From Candidatus Omnitrophota bacterium (GTDB lineage Bacteria > Omnitrophota > Gorgyraeia > VGKH01): DNA of 59,866 nucleotides. Below, piece by piece: positions 17,165-29,250 of this stretch (position 1 is the stretch's first letter; every line of letters starts with the position of its first letter). The translations under genes and the position numbers were made by a program. Below the pieces are notes generated by a model. The model had not been told where the DNA came from and did no database searches. It worked only from the letters and a program-made list of their open reading frames with translations. Where the stretch lies: positions 101,890 through 161,755 of the forward strand of contig JBDRFF010000020.1 of NCBI GenBank assembly GCA_043819095.1, given 5' to 3'.

Positions 17165-18835
17165 TTACGCCATGCCGCCGATCATCCTATTGATGGCTTC
17201 GCCCGCCGGAACCATAGGATAAACATTTTCCTCCGGCTCGATATGAAAATCTAACAAAACTAGGTTATCTGTAGCAATGGCCTTCTCGATCGCAGGCCTT
17301 ACTTCTTTATTTTTGGTTACGCGGATGCCCACGGCGCCATAACTTTCGGCTAATTTCACAAAATCAGGATTATTCAACGTTGTATATGAATATCTCTTTT
17401 TGTAAAACAGCTCCTGCCACTGACGCACCATCCCCAGATAACCATTATTTAAAACCGCTAATTTCACAGGAATCTTATAAGTTACTGCTGTTGCTAATTC
17501 TTGGATATTCATCTGTATCGATCCGTCGCCGGCAATATCAACAACTGTCTTTTTAGGCGCGCCTAATTTCGCACCGATTGCAGCAGGAAAACCATATCCC
17601 ATTGTACCTAATCCGCCGGAAGAAAGAAAAGTCCTTGGCTTACTATATTTATACCACTGCGCAGCCCACATCTGGTTTTGGCCTACTTCGGTCACGACAA
17701 TCGCATCTCCCTTGGTTGCTTCATAAATCTGCTCGATAACATATTGCGGCCTTAATTTATCGTCCTTTTTATAAGTTAAAGGATATTTCTTTTTCCATCC
17801 CTCTATTTTCTTAAGCCAATTTTTCGTGTCAGGCTTGGTTTTTATGTACTTGATTAATTTCTTTAGAGAATCCTTAGCGTCTCCTACGATAGGAATATCC
17901 ACGTGCACGTTTTTACTGATTGAGGTCGGGTCTAAATCGATATGGATTACTTTAGCATCTGGTGCGAAATTATCTAATCTTCCGGTTACGCGGTCATCGA
18001 AACGGGCTCCCACGGCGATTATAAGATCGGATTCCATCGTGGCATGATTCGCATAGGCAGTTCCATGCATTCCCAACATTCCTAAACTTAAAGGATGATC
18101 CGTAGGAAATGCGCCCAAACCCAATAATGTCGTAGTTACTGGAACTGCAAGTTTTTCAGCAAGCTGTCTTAATTCTTCGCTAGCGCCGGAAATTATTACA
18201 CCGCCGCCCACATACAGAATCGGTTTCTTGCTTGCGGAAATTGTTTTTGCTGCTTTCTTTATCTGTCCTGGATGACCAGTCAGCGTCGGCTTGTAGCCTC
18301 GGATATCTGCTTTTTCAGGATATTTAAATTCCGTCTCATTAAGTTGCACATCCACCGGCAAATCAATAACAACCGGACCTGGCCTTCCGGTTCCGGCGAT
18401 ATGGAATGCTTCTTTGATTGTCCTGGCTAAATCTTTGACATCCTTAACCAAAAAATTATATTTGGTTATGGGACGAGTTATCCCAGTAACATCTGCTTCT
18501 TGGAATGCGTCGTTTCCGATTAGATGTGTCTTTACCTGTCCGGTAAAAGCTACCATCGGGATAGAATCCATATAGGCATTAGCAATACCTGTAGTTAAAT
18601 TCGTTGCGCCCGGACCACTGGTAGCAACACAGACTCCGACCTTGCCGGTTGTGCGGGCATATCCGTCGGCAGCGTGCGCTGCTGCCTGCTCATGACGCGT
18701 TAAGATGAATTTAATCGGCGCATCGTAGAGCTTATCGAAAATAGGCAGAACCGATCCGCCAGGATAGCCGAACATCACATCCACTTTTTCCTTTTTTAGA
18801 CTTTCCACAAAAATCTGCGCACCTGTCATTTTCAT
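17165..18835 (-). CDS. ilvB: Acetolactate synthase large subunit
   Basis: [28 protein letters not shown] motif. Confidence 0.97.
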   Translation of the reverse strand: MKMTGAQIFVESLKKEKVDVMFGYPGGSVLPIFDKLYDAPIKFILTRHEQAAAHAADGYARTTGKVGVCVATSGPGATNLTTGIANAYMDSIPMVAFTGQVKTHLIGNDAFQEADVTGITRPITKYNFLVKDVKDLARTIKEAFHIAGTGRPGPVVIDLPVDVQLNETEFKYPEKADIRGYKPTLTGHPGQIKKAAKTISASKKPILYVGGGVIISGASEELRQLAEKLAVPVTTTLLGLGAFPTDHPLSLGMLGMHGTAYANHATMESDLIIAVGARFDDRVTGRLDNFAPDAKVIHIDLDPTSISKNVHVDIPIVGDAKDSLKKLIKYIKTKPDTKNWLKKIEGWKKKYPLTYKKDDKLRPQYVIEQIYEATKGDAIVVTEVGQNQMWAAQWYKYSKPRTFLSSGGLGTMGYGFPAAIGAKLGAPKKTVVDIAGDGSIQMNIQELATAVTYKIPVKLAVLNNGYLGMVRQWQELFYKKRYSYTTLNNPDFVKLAESYGAVGIRVTKNKEVRPAIEKAIATDNLVLLDFHIEPEENVYPMVPAGEAINRMIGGMA

Positions 18836-18873
18836 TATTATCTCTTTCTTTTTTTAATTAACAGGTATTATTC

Positions 18874-19089
18874 TTAAACCTGATCCTGTTCTGATTTCAG
18901 TACCTTCGAAATAAAAGAATAAACCATAATCAAACAGCCACCACCAATATAAGACGCCCCCATCAAAACTAAACGACCTTGATCTTTACAAGCATAAAAC
19001 ACAGCACCCCAAACTAATAATGCAGAAAATAAGCAACAATTTTTCGTACTTTTTAAGATTTTTTTATTTACTTCTTTCATCTTATTCAC
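18874..19089 (-). CDS. Small two-TM hypothetical protein
   Basis: 71-aa ORF with two hydrophobic segments between ilvD and ilvB. Confidence 0.55.
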   Translation of the reverse strand: MNKMKEVNKKILKSTKNCCLFSALLVWGAVFYACKDQGRLVLMGASYIGGGCLIMVYSFISKVLKSEQDQV

Positions 19090-19092
19090 CCC

Positions 19093-20751
19093 CTATCTTA
19101 AAATCGCTCCTTGAGAAGCTGACTGAACCATTTTAGCATATCTTGCCAAATAGCCAACTTTTATCCTGGGACTCCTGGGCTTTAACCTAGTTAATCTTTT
19201 TGATAATTCATTTTTGCTGATATTTAAATTCAATTTCCTTTTAGGAATATCAATCGAGATTGAATCTCCGTTTCTGATTACTGCAATTGCTCCGCCAACG
19301 GCTGCTTCCGGAGAAATATGTCCTATGCAAGGCCCACGGGTGCCACCGGAGAATCTTCCGTCGGTAATTAATGCAACGCTATTAGATAGACCCATGCCTG
19401 CGATAGCAGATGTGGGTGATAACATCTCCCTCATTCCAGGTCCGCCTTTGGGGCCTTCGTAACGGATGACCACAACCGTGCCTTCTTTGATTTTTCCAGA
19501 AGTAATCGCCTTCATTGCTGCCTCTTCAGATTCAAAAACTAAGGCAGAGCCGGTAAACCGCAAAGCACATTCATCAATTGCAGTCTGTTTTACCACTGCG
19601 CCTTGACGCGCTAAATTTCCGTATAGAATCGCAATGCCGCCTTCTTTATGGGCAGGACTGCTCAACGGTCTTATTACATCGCTATTACGAATCTTTGCTT
19701 TATTGGCAATCTCAAAGATAGTTTTTCCATTTACTGTGGGATTATTTTTTAATTTTATTTTTAATCTCTTTATCACTGCCGGAATTCCGCCAGCGCTATC
19801 TAAATCTTCCATAAAGTAATCTCCGCCAGGGCGAAGATCAGTCAAATGTGGCGTAGTTTTGCTTAACTGATCAAATTTCTTTAACGGAACTTTGATCCCG
19901 CATTCATTGGCAATAGCTGTAAGATGCAAAACTGTATTTGTTGAGCCACCTAAAGCCATATCCATACGAATTGCATTTTCAATTGCTTTCTTGGTTAAGA
20001 TCTTTCGGATCTTGATATTTTTCTGGATAAGTTCAACAATCTTTTTTCCGCTTTCAAATGCGATTTTTTCTTTCTTTTTAGAGAGTGCCAAAGCAGTGCC
20101 ACAACCTGTTAGCGATAACCCAAGAGTCTCAGTCAAACAAGACATTGTGTTTGCAGTATACAGACCCTGGCATGAACCAGCGCCAGGACAGGCGCAGGCT
20201 TCAATTTTACTTGCTTCGGCAGGTGAAATCTCACCTTGTTTTAATTTTCCTACGAGCTCAAATGTATCACGCACAAGCGATAATCTTTTACCTTTATATT
20301 TTCCGGAATGCATCGGGCCTGCTGTCACAACAATCGTCGGGATATTAATTCTAGCAGCACCCATAATCATTCCAGGAGTAATCTTATCACAGTTAGTAAG
20401 AAGCACTAATCCGTCAAGACAATGCGCCTGGGAAATGGATTCGATTTCATCAGCGATTAACTCACGGGAAGACAATGAAAAGTTCATTCCACTATGGCCC
20501 ATTGCTATACCATCGCAAATTCCCGGAACTCCAAAAATAAACGGCACACCTCCAGCCTTACGGATGCCATCCTTAATATATTTCTCTAATTCGCGCATAT
20601 TTATATGTCCCGGGATCAAATCGGTAAATGCGGAAGCAATTCCGATAAATGGTTTATCAAAATCACCCTTTTTTAATCCCGTAGCATAAAGCAATGCCCG
20701 ATGCGGCGTCCGCTCAATACCTTTTTTTACTTCATCTGAACGCATTTTCAT
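19093..20751 (-). CDS. ilvD: Dihydroxy-acid dehydratase
   Basis: [39 protein letters not shown]. Confidence 0.97.
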   Translation of the reverse strand: MKMRSDEVKKGIERTPHRALLYATGLKKGDFDKPFIGIASAFTDLIPGHINMRELEKYIKDGIRKAGGVPFIFGVPGICDGIAMGHSGMNFSLSSRELIADEIESISQAHCLDGLVLLTNCDKITPGMIMGAARINIPTIVVTAGPMHSGKYKGKRLSLVRDTFELVGKLKQGEISPAEASKIEACACPGAGSCQGLYTANTMSCLTETLGLSLTGCGTALALSKKKEKIAFESGKKIVELIQKNIKIRKILTKKAIENAIRMDMALGGSTNTVLHLTAIANECGIKVPLKKFDQLSKTTPHLTDLRPGGDYFMEDLDSAGGIPAVIKRLKIKLKNNPTVNGKTIFEIANKAKIRNSDVIRPLSSPAHKEGGIAILYGNLARQGAVVKQTAIDECALRFTGSALVFESEEAAMKAITSGKIKEGTVVVIRYEGPKGGPGMREMLSPTSAIAGMGLSNSVALITDGRFSGGTRGPCIGHISPEAAVGGAIAVIRNGDSISIDIPKRKLNLNISKNELSKRLTRLKPRSPRIKVGYLARYAKMVQSASQGAILR

Positions 20752-20756
20752 TCCTA

Positions 20757-22082
20757 TTAGTCATCCCCTTCTGTATCGCGTACTTTTTCTTCAATAGCTT
20801 TCTTTTTACGAATAATTCCGCGCTTTAAGGTGATATTTTTATCTATTAATTCTCTGTTGTTGATATTGTTTAATTTCTTAAACAGAAAATCAAATTTTTC
20901 CTCGACTTCCTTGGCGATTTGGTTCCTAACTTCCTGTGATAAACCCATTATCTCTTTCTTAAACGGCCCGAGCGCTTTCTTTCTTGTCTTGTAAAAGAAT
21001 TGCTCTTCAGTCTCGCCTTCTTTTTTCTCAGAAGTCAAGTTTTCATTAAGATAAGCGTACATCTTCTGCTTTAATTCTGTTGGAAAATGCTTGCTTTCAT
21101 AAACCATATTCTGAAATTGCGTTGCAAGATGAACTTCTGCAGTTTCAACTTCAGGAAATTTATGAAACATATCTTCCGGCAAGGTTGATGCGCCGTGCTG
21201 AACTGCTCCGGCCATTCCATAATCTTTTCTGGCAATTTCAGATAAAGTCTTTAATGTATCAAAATCCAATTTCACCTCTGCAATTGAACCGTCAGCTAAA
21301 ACAACTCCGCCGTGGCTTGTTCCGGTCTGGACGCTAACCTTACTAATGCCCTGATAATTTTTTCTTAACTTTCTTCTGTAGCCTTTCATATAGGCATGCA
21401 GTTCTTCGGGCTTACTATTTTCATGACCGACTTCACCGATTTCTCCACCGACAGATACCATTATGCCGCGCGGCTGCGATTTCCTGATAAAGGTGGTCAG
21501 CTCAGCACAAACTTTAAAATTATCCTCTTGTTGCTGTAGAGTAGTTCTTCTGTCTAAATCAACCAGTGTTGAGCTATCAATATCGATATTATAAAAACCA
21601 CTGTGAATGGATTCTTCGATTAATTCTTTTAAGCCGTTGACTTCTTTTTCAGGATTTTCTTTATATGCTTTGGCCTTTACCTGAAAATGATCTCCTTGAA
21701 TAAATACAGGACCTTTATAACCTTCCTTCATAGCTGCGGCTAAACATACGCCGGCGTATTCAATCGGAGGCTGGTCAGTATAACCGATTTCACTTTTTGC
21801 GATTTCGAATATGAAGTTTGCGGTATTATTTTTTTTGGCCACGCGGAAAATCGCTTTTGCCAAATCATAAGTCAATGTTCTTAGGTTTATTGCCGGAACT
21901 GTAAAACCGCTACACTCGCCGCGTCCTCTTGCCAAATATAAATCATTTATTGAAGACGGATAAATGCCGTTTTTATAAGCAATTTTAAAAATCTTTTTTC
22001 CGATTTTGTGCTTTGTTGCTAAATCTTGCGTTAAAATTAAATCTAAAACTATCTTGTCCGTATCAAGCTTGCGTCTTCCCAT
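20757..22082 (-). CDS. Class II fructose-bisphosphate aldolase-like protein
   Basis: QGDH, GEIG, GTSHGG, VQHGAS metal-binding motifs; follows pfkA. Confidence 0.82.
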   Translation of the reverse strand: MGRRKLDTDKIVLDLILTQDLATKHKIGKKIFKIAYKNGIYPSSINDLYLARGRGECSGFTVPAINLRTLTYDLAKAIFRVAKKNNTANFIFEIAKSEIGYTDQPPIEYAGVCLAAAMKEGYKGPVFIQGDHFQVKAKAYKENPEKEVNGLKELIEESIHSGFYNIDIDSSTLVDLDRRTTLQQQEDNFKVCAELTTFIRKSQPRGIMVSVGGEIGEVGHENSKPEELHAYMKGYRRKLRKNYQGISKVSVQTGTSHGGVVLADGSIAEVKLDFDTLKTLSEIARKDYGMAGAVQHGASTLPEDMFHKFPEVETAEVHLATQFQNMVYESKHFPTELKQKMYAYLNENLTSEKKEGETEEQFFYKTRKKALGPFKKEIMGLSQEVRNQIAKEVEEKFDFLFKKLNNINNRELIDKNITLKRGIIRKKKAIEEKVRDTEGDD

Positions 22083-22106
22083 GATGCCCTAATCTCTCCT
22101 TTCTTT

Positions 22107-22293
22107 AATGAGCACATAAGTTACGGAGTTTAAAAACGACGTAACTTATAAGTGCGAATTAAACCCCACAACTTTTTAGTATTCAAATTTATTTTTTAGT
22201 AAACCCCGCACCTTTTAATATATAAAAGGTGTGGGGTAAGTTCGGACGCATAACTTATGTCGCTCTCTTAGCTCCATAAGTTATGTCCTCACC
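22107..22293. repeat. Three-hairpin element, copy D
   Basis: AATGAGCAC-ATAAGTTACG..CGTAACTTAT-AA-GTGCGAA; CCCCGCACCTTTT..AAAAGGTGTGGGG; inverted arm ending CTCACC at the pfkA stop. Confidence 0.86.
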
Positions 22294-23258
22294 TATGTTA
22301 AGATTTTTATTAAATTGTAAAGTTCCTCTAACGCCAATTCTCTTTTTTTGCAGGCCTCTTTAAAGGTGACAACATTGAGCTTATCAGCAACAATACCCAC
22401 AGCCTTGTCTGATTCTCCCTTCATCAATAAATCCACTGCTGCAGCACCTAAGCGAGTGGCCAAAATCCTATCATCAGCAGTAGGCACGCCACCTCTTTGG
22501 ATATGGCCTAAGACAACTTCGCGTGTCTCTAAATCTGTTTTTTCTGTTATTGCTTTGGCGATATCAACAGCTTTTCCTGCGCCTTCGGCAACAACAATAA
22601 TCCAGCTAATTTTTCCCTTCTTGTTTCCTTCTACGATATCACTGCAAATTTGTTCTATATCGAATTTTCTTTCTGGAAGCAATGCATCTTCCGCGCCACC
22701 TCCGATAGCAACATTTAGTGCAATGTATCCAGAAGAACGGCCCATGACCTCCACGACAAAAATCCTTTCCATGCTAGTGGCTGTATCGCGAATTTTATCA
22801 ATGGCATCAAGCGCAGTATGCACCGCTGTATCTGAGCCGATTGTATAATCTGTGCCGCATAAATCATTATCGATTGTCCCAGGCACTCCAATACAAGGGA
22901 TTCTAAATTCTGAAACTAATGCTTGGACTCCGCGATAAGTGCCGTCTCCGCCGATTATGATTAGTCCATCAATATTATTCTTCTTTAATACATCGGCAGC
23001 TTTTTTTCTACCCTCTTTAGTTTTAAATTCTTCACATCGGCCTGTCTTAAGAATTGTACCTCCGCGACCGATTATATTTGAAACCGAGCGATGATTAAGA
23101 AGTTCTATCTCTTCATTAATCAGACCGGTGTATCCGCGATAAATACCCATTACTTCTAACTTATTATATATGGCATAACGCACGCAAGAACGTATCGCTG
23201 CATTCATTCCCGACGCATCTCCGCCAGAGGTTAATATTCCGATTCTCTTCGTCGCCAT
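22293..23258 (-). CDS. pfkA: ATP-dependent 6-phosphofructokinase
   Basis: TSGGD, GGDGT, GTIDND, EVMGR, GHIQRGG; likely ATG overlaps the ahcY stop. Confidence 0.96.
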   Translation of the reverse strand: MATKRIGILTSGGDASGMNAAIRSCVRYAIYNKLEVMGIYRGYTGLINEEIELLNHRSVSNIIGRGGTILKTGRCEEFKTKEGRKKAADVLKKNNIDGLIIIGGDGTYRGVQALVSEFRIPCIGVPGTIDNDLCGTDYTIGSDTAVHTALDAIDKIRDTATSMERIFVVEVMGRSSGYIALNVAIGGGAEDALLPERKFDIEQICSDIVEGNKKGKISWIIVVAEGAGKAVDIAKAITEKTDLETREVVLGHIQRGGVPTADDRILATRLGAAAVDLLMKGESDKAVGIVADKLNVVTFKEACKKRELALEELYNLIKILT

Positions 23259-24514
23259 TATGTCCCCATCTCCCAACTTGAAAGATATTTCTGCTGCTTT
23301 TTTGTTAATGTATCGATTTTAATTCCTAAGGCTTTTAATTTTAAAAACGCGATTCTTTCATCGATTTCCTTAGGAACATTGTAAACTTTTCTTTCTAATC
23401 TTTTATGATTCTTCGCAACGTGCTCGGCTGCTAATGCCTGATTGGCAAAGCTCATATCCATAACTGACGCAGGATGGCCTTCGGCAGCGGATAAATTAAT
23501 TAAACGTCCTTCGCCTAAAAGATAAATATTTTTTCCGTTCTTTAGTTTATACTCTTTTACAAACTCGCGGATCTGTCGAGTAGATTTACTCAATTTCTTC
23601 AAAGCCGGGATATCTATCTCTACGTTAAAATGTCCTGCGTTTGCCAATATCGCGCCGTCTGTCATCTTTACAAAATGCTCTTTTCTTAATAAGCTGACAT
23701 CTCCGGAAACTGTCACAAAGATATCTCCGATTCGGGAAGCCTTCGCTATCGGCATTACCTGATATCCATCCATTGCTGCTTCAAGCGCACGTAAGGGGTC
23801 AATTTCTGTGATGATTACTTTTGCGCCCATGCCTTCTGCGCGCATTGCCACGCCCCGTCCGCACCAACCATAGCCTAAAACAACAACGTTGCTTCCGGCG
23901 ATTAATTTATTTGTCGCGCGGATTATCCCGTCGATTGTAGATTGGCCTGTTCCATAACGATTATCAAAAAAATGCTTTGTCTGCGCATCATTTACCGCAA
24001 TAATCGGATACAATAATTTTCCTTTTTTTTCCAAAGCCTTTAGACGAATGACTCCAGTCGTGGTCTCTTCGGTTCCGGCAAATAAATCTTTTAGCAAATT
24101 CTTTCTTTTACTGTGAATCGCTGAAACCAAATCTGCACCATCGTCCATAGTGATGTGTGGCTTTATATCCAACGCAGAATTAAGATGACGATAATACGTT
24201 TTTGTATCTTCGCCTTTGATAGAAAAAACACTGATTCCGTAATCCTTGACTAAAGATGCCGCAACATCATCCTGGGTTGATAAAGGATTTGATGCGCATA
24301 GTGTTGCTTCGGCCCCGCCGGCTTTTAGGGCAAGCATAAGATTTGCAGTTTCAGTCGTAACATGAAGACAACAAGACATTCTTATGCCCTTAAGCGGTTT
24401 TTGTTTGCTGAATCTTTTCTCGATCAACTGCAAAACAGGCATGCTCTGGCGCGCCCATTCAATGCGAAGCTTTCCTTTTTTAGCTAATTTTATATTCTTG
24501 ATATCGTGTTTCAT
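23258..24514 (-). CDS. ahcY: Adenosylhomocysteinase
   Basis: LHVTTET, SCNPLSTQD-like (ASNPLSTQD), [25 protein letters not shown]. Confidence 0.97.
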   Translation of the reverse strand: MKHDIKNIKLAKKGKLRIEWARQSMPVLQLIEKRFSKQKPLKGIRMSCCLHVTTETANLMLALKAGGAEATLCASNPLSTQDDVAASLVKDYGISVFSIKGEDTKTYYRHLNSALDIKPHITMDDGADLVSAIHSKRKNLLKDLFAGTEETTTGVIRLKALEKKGKLLYPIIAVNDAQTKHFFDNRYGTGQSTIDGIIRATNKLIAGSNVVVLGYGWCGRGVAMRAEGMGAKVIITEIDPLRALEAAMDGYQVMPIAKASRIGDIFVTVSGDVSLLRKEHFVKMTDGAILANAGHFNVEIDIPALKKLSKSTRQIREFVKEYKLKNGKNIYLLGEGRLINLSAAEGHPASVMDMSFANQALAAEHVAKNHKRLERKVYNVPKEIDERIAFLKLKALGIKIDTLTKKQQKYLSSWEMGT

Positions 24515-25671
24515 TTTGCGTCCTTCTTTAAGATTTCTGCCTTATCAGTTCTTTCCCAGGTAAAATCTTTGTCTTCTCTTCCGAAATGGCCATGGCATGC
24601 AGTTTTTCTGTAGATTGGTCTTAACAAATCCAACTCTTTAATTATTCCTTGAGGAGTCAAAGAGAAATGTTTTCTAATAAGTTCGACTATTTTTTCGTCT
24701 GTTATCTTTCCTGTCCCAAAGGTATCAACCATAACGCTAACCGGATCGGCTTGGCCAATAACATAGCTTAACTGAATCCAACATTTCTCGGCTAATCCTG
24801 CGGCGACAACGTTTTTTGCCACGTATCTTGCCATATAAGTTGCTGAGCGGTCAACCTTTGTAGGGTCTTTTCCGGAAAATGCACCGCCGCCGTGAGAAAC
24901 AATTCCGCCGTATGTATCTACGACGATTTTTCTTCCGGTCATCCCTGTATCTGACTGCGGCCCGCCGATAACAAACTTCCCTGTCTCATTGACATAATAT
25001 TTTGTATTACTATCTACCAAATCACCTAATATAGGCATAGCGATATTATCAATTATTTCCTGCCTTGCTTCTTTTGTTATTCTTTCACCCGTAGAATCTA
25101 AAATATCCTCAGTATGCTGACAGGCAAGTACGACTGCATCAACTCTTTTTGGTTTATCGTCCTGGTATTCTACTGTGACCTGACTTTTTCCGTCAGGACC
25201 GAGGTAATCAAGAATATTTTGCTTCCTTACATCAGACATACGTTTTACTAATTTATGAGCCAGAATTATAGGAAGCGGCATAAGCTCCGGAGTCTCACTG
25301 CAGGCATAACCGATCATTATTCCCTGATCACCTGCTCCTCCCCTATTTACGCCTTGAGCGATATCTGGTGACTGAGTATGAATCACGTTCATTATCGCGC
25401 AGGTATCAGCGCAAAAACCATATTTATGGTGCGTATAACCTATTTCTCTTAAAACTTTTCGCACTAAATTATCTATGTCGACGTAGCCTTTTGTAGTAAT
25501 CTCACCGCCGACGATAAGCATTCCCAATGTAACGTAAGTCTCGCAGGCGACCCTACCTTTTGCATCTTGCCTCAAAATATCATCTAAAATCGCATCCGAA
25601 ACTTGATCGCATACTTTATCCGGATGACCTTCTGATACAGACTCTGATGTAACAAAATATTTACCTTTCAA
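24511..25671 (-). CDS. metK: S-adenosylmethionine synthetase
   Basis: [33 protein letters not shown]. Confidence 0.98.
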   Translation of the reverse strand: MKGKYFVTSESVSEGHPDKVCDQVSDAILDDILRQDAKGRVACETYVTLGMLIVGGEITTKGYVDIDNLVRKVLREIGYTHHKYGFCADTCAIMNVIHTQSPDIAQGVNRGGAGDQGIMIGYACSETPELMPLPIILAHKLVKRMSDVRKQNILDYLGPDGKSQVTVEYQDDKPKRVDAVVLACQHTEDILDSTGERITKEARQEIIDNIAMPILGDLVDSNTKYYVNETGKFVIGGPQSDTGMTGRKIVVDTYGGIVSHGGGAFSGKDPTKVDRSATYMARYVAKNVVAAGLAEKCWIQLSYVIGQADPVSVMVDTFGTGKITDEKIVELIRKHFSLTPQGIIKELDLLRPIYRKTACHGHFGREDKDFTWERTDKAEILKKDAK

Positions 25672-26437
25672 CTTTTTCCTCCTTTATGAATTTTTTATAA
25701 TCTTCCTCTAACTTACACAAAGAATCAATGTGGCCGATGTCTTCCCACATTCCATCAAAAACATACCCGTAAACAGCTATTTTTTTATAAAGCCAGCTGA
25801 TATATCCTCCCGTTGTATCATTATTGCCGGTATCTTTAATATATTCTTTAAACAAACTAAAGGTCTGTTTGGGAAAATAATAAAGACATGTCGCAATTAA
25901 GCTTGACCTAGGGTCTTTGGGTTTTTCCTCGAAAGAAATAATCTTGTTGTCTTGATTAATCGCCAAAACTCCGAATCTTGTCGCCTCTTTTTTATTCTTA
26001 ATATCATAAAGTCCTATTGTGGCTCCGGGCGAATTTTTTCTAGCTGTTTTAATAAAACTGTCCAATCCAAAATCAAACAGATTGTCTCCGCCGATGACCA
26101 ATATATCCTTATTGCCTAAAGCGCCATTTTCTATGACAAAATTTATATCACCTATTGCGCCAAGCCTATCTTCCGGAGATTTCGTCCCGTCGTTAATTAT
26201 CGTTAAGTTGATATTTTTAAAATTCCCATGCAGCTTATCCGCCCAATCCTTAAACTTTGCATAGAATTTATTATTAGTAACGATTAAGACCTCATCCAGA
26301 TTCTCAACCGGATCTAACTTCTCCAAGATATAATTAATTATCGGCTTATTACTGACCTCGATCAAAGGCTTGGGAATCCTTTCGGTCAAAGGATAAAGCC
26401 TTGTGCCGTATCCGGCAGCTAAGATTAATGCTTTCAT
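25661..26437 (-). CDS. Sugar-phosphate nucleotidyltransferase
   Basis: [30 protein letters not shown]. Confidence 0.9.
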   Translation of the reverse strand: MKALILAAGYGTRLYPLTERIPKPLIEVSNKPIINYILEKLDPVENLDEVLIVTNNKFYAKFKDWADKLHGNFKNINLTIINDGTKSPEDRLGAIGDINFVIENGALGNKDILVIGGDNLFDFGLDSFIKTARKNSPGATIGLYDIKNKKEATRFGVLAINQDNKIISFEEKPKDPRSSLIATCLYYFPKQTFSLFKEYIKDTGNNDTTGGYISWLYKKIAVYGYVFDGMWEDIGHIDSLCKLEEDYKKFIKEEKVER

Positions 26438-26446
26438 ATCTATTCT

Positions 26447-27223
26447 TTATGCTTTCCTGAATGCGTCGCTATAATCAAATTCTTCAGGATAATTCAAAAA
26501 CCTCAATCTCTCAGGGCTATTTATTAACGGATATATCGGCTTGCCGCTTTCTAATCCGAACCTTTCAATTTTTGCACCAGGAACTACCTTGCGAATCGCT
26601 ACAACCTCAGTAAAGAATTTATTTTTTTCTATTTTTAATTTTCCGGTCTCTTCAATAAATAAATAGGCTGCGCCCTGACCTTCTTTATAAAGCGAATAAT
26701 CTGAACTAAATTTCGTTCCCACCCAGTTAGACGTAATTAAGGATTCTGTCTTAGAGGGATTAATCAAAATGTGCCCATATCCGGGTAAACAGATAATTTT
26801 GTCGCCGGTCTTAGCTTTTACCCAAATTACATCTTCGATTTTTTTATAATCATCTTTTGAAGGCTTTTGCTGAATGCACCAGGCCTCACCCGATATAACT
26901 TCATATAATTCCGGATAATTTCCCGGATGATAGTGCCCTGCTGTTTTCATCAGCTCTTTTCCCAACATATCAGGCTTTATAATCGTGATATCGTATCGTA
27001 ATTGATTCTTTTTTTCCGCGTCTCTATCCTTATCAAAAGCCACATCGCGATACATATAATATAATTCCTTTGGCTCTTTTAATGACTTATCCAACAAAAC
27101 GTCCTTCATCTGCTCGATAGTCCTTACGGCTGCTTCGACCTTAGGAAGTCCATCTTGGAAAACTAAATGAAACTGATCATCTTTTTTAATCGGTAGTCCG
27201 CTCATTGTGCTTAAATCAATCAT
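26447..27223 (-). CDS. Cupin-type glucose-6-phosphate isomerase-like protein
   Basis: LYYMYR, LRYDIT, KTAGHYH, ELYEV, PGYGH cupin metal ligands. Confidence 0.78.
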   Translation of the reverse strand: MIDLSTMSGLPIKKDDQFHLVFQDGLPKVEAAVRTIEQMKDVLLDKSLKEPKELYYMYRDVAFDKDRDAEKKNQLRYDITIIKPDMLGKELMKTAGHYHPGNYPELYEVISGEAWCIQQKPSKDDYKKIEDVIWVKAKTGDKIICLPGYGHILINPSKTESLITSNWVGTKFSSDYSLYKEGQGAAYLFIEETGKLKIEKNKFFTEVVAIRKVVPGAKIERFGLESGKPIYPLINSPERLRFLNYPEEFDYSDAFRKA

Positions 27224-28989
27224 TTTCCATTTACTCCTTCATCAAGAATTTCCGGTACTAATCTTTTAAGTTCTCTTTTACTATATTCCTCTACCTCTCT
27301 GCCGGTTGACAGAGTTAGCGCATGCTGGGCTACTTTTTTGGCTTCTTCATAAGTTACCGAACGCAACAATTGCTTTATCTGCGGGATAACCGAAGGCGGC
27401 ATACTAAATTCATCTAGGCCTAAACCCAAAAGCACTAATGCTAATTGCGGGTCGCCGGTCATCTCGCCGCACATCCCCACCCATATTTTATATTTGTGTC
27501 CCGCATCAACTATAGTTTTAACCAGCTTTAAAACTGCCGGATGCGCTGGTTCATAAAGATAGGCTATTTTCTCATTAGTCCTATCAATGGCTAGGGAATA
27601 TTGTATTAAATCATTTGTGCCTATGCTAAAGAAAGCTGATTCTCTAGCAAGTATTTCTGCAGTGATTGCTGCAGAAGGAACTTCTATCATTACCCCGACC
27701 TCCAGATGCTCATCAAAAGTAATTTTGTTTTTCCTTAATTCTTTTTTTGATTCTTCAAGTATGGCATTTGCCTGGCGCAATTCCTCAACTCCTGAGATCA
27801 TCGGATACATAAGCCTTAATTTTCCGTGAACCGAGGCGCGCAGTATCGCCCGAAGCTGAATCTTAAAGATATCCGGACGCGCCAAACAGAAACGAATTGC
27901 CCGCCAACCTAAAAACGGATGCATATCTCGAGGTACATGCAGCTGCGAAATAAATTTATCACCGCCTAAATCCAAAGTCCTTATTATTACTGCGTGCGGA
28001 GAAATGGCCTGGGCAACATGCCGATATGCCTGATATTGTTCTTCTTCTGAAGGCAGATCGATCCTGTTCATATAAAAATATTCGGTTCTGTAAAGCCCGA
28101 TTCCTGTTGCGCCATGTTCAATTACCGAAGGAATTTCTTCCGGTAATTCGATATTTGCGCCTATTTCAACTTTTCTTCCGTCCTTTGTCTCAGCTGCCAG
28201 ATCTTTCGTGCTTAAAAATCTCTCTAGTTGTACGCTGATTTTCTTTTTTTCAACTTCATATTTCTCTAATGACGATTCCTTAGGATTAATAATTATTGTG
28301 CCGGTTTTTCCGTCTACAATAACTATGTCGCCATTTTTTATCTTCTGTGTGGCAACCTCAACACCTACGACCGCTGGAATTTCTAAGGATTTTGCCATAA
28401 TCGCAGTATGGGAGGTGCGCGATCCAATATCAGTGACAAACGCAACGACATTTTTATTATGCATAGCTGCGGTATCGGACGGCGAAATATCATGCGCAAC
28501 AATAATCGACTTCTCAGCAATATCACTAAAACCAACTTGTACTTTCTTTCCGAGTAGATTTCTCAAAATTCGCTTTCCTACATCGTTAATATCACTTATT
28601 CTCTCCCTGAGATATTCATCTTCGATTTTTGAGAAAACACCGATATACTTCTTAAGCACTTCAGAGAATATATATTCCACGCAGTAAAGCTGCTTTTTTA
28701 TCCGAGAAATAACATCTTCTATTAAGGTCCTGTCTTCCAATACCAAAAGATGAGCATCAAAAATCTCTGCATGTTCCGTTCCCATCTCCTCGGCAATATG
28801 CTTTTGAATCTCTAATATTTCGTGTCGGGTCTTAATTAGGGCCTCTTCAAACCGGGCGATTTCCTGAGCTGTTTTATCCTCAGGGATTTTCTTAGGCGCT
28901 ACTGCAAAATCCTCTTTGCCGAAAAGATAGGCCGGCCCAGAAGCTACGCCGCTTGAAGCTGGTATGCCTTTTAAGATTATCTCATTCAT
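27220..28989 (-). CDS. ptsI: PTS enzyme I
   Basis: SRTSHTAI phospho-His, GLYRTE, RTLDLGGDK, IGTNDL, MCGE. Confidence 0.96.
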   Translation of the reverse strand: MNEIILKGIPASSGVASGPAYLFGKEDFAVAPKKIPEDKTAQEIARFEEALIKTRHEILEIQKHIAEEMGTEHAEIFDAHLLVLEDRTLIEDVISRIKKQLYCVEYIFSEVLKKYIGVFSKIEDEYLRERISDINDVGKRILRNLLGKKVQVGFSDIAEKSIIVAHDISPSDTAAMHNKNVVAFVTDIGSRTSHTAIMAKSLEIPAVVGVEVATQKIKNGDIVIVDGKTGTIIINPKESSLEKYEVEKKKISVQLERFLSTKDLAAETKDGRKVEIGANIELPEEIPSVIEHGATGIGLYRTEYFYMNRIDLPSEEEQYQAYRHVAQAISPHAVIIRTLDLGGDKFISQLHVPRDMHPFLGWRAIRFCLARPDIFKIQLRAILRASVHGKLRLMYPMISGVEELRQANAILEESKKELRKNKITFDEHLEVGVMIEVPSAAITAEILARESAFFSIGTNDLIQYSLAIDRTNEKIAYLYEPAHPAVLKLVKTIVDAGHKYKIWVGMCGEMTGDPQLALVLLGLGLDEFSMPPSVIPQIKQLLRSVTYEEAKKVAQHALTLSTGREVEEYSKRELKRLVPEILDEGVNGK

Positions 28990-29245
28990 CTTTACTTACC
29001 AAAGCCTCCAAATCTGAAAGTGCCTCTTGGGCATCATCTCCGCTTGCCTCAATAATAACCTTACTTCCCTTATTCGCCGCAAGCATCAAAATTCCCATAA
29101 TCGATTTTCCGTTTACCGTTTCTTTACCTTTTCTGACGGTAATATTTGAATCGAATTTATTGGCAAGCTGTACAAACAAGGCTGCTGGCCTTGCATGCAA
29201 GCCCTGTTTATTTTTGATTGTGACTTTCTTTTTTAATGAAACCAT
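28982..29245 (-). CDS. ptsH: Phosphocarrier HPr
   Basis: GLHARP (His15) and GKSIMG (Ser46). Confidence 0.96.
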   Translation of the reverse strand: MVSLKKKVTIKNKQGLHARPAALFVQLANKFDSNITVRKGKETVNGKSIMGILMLAANKGSKVIIEASGDDAQEALSDLEALVSKDE

Positions 29246-29250
29246 TTTTA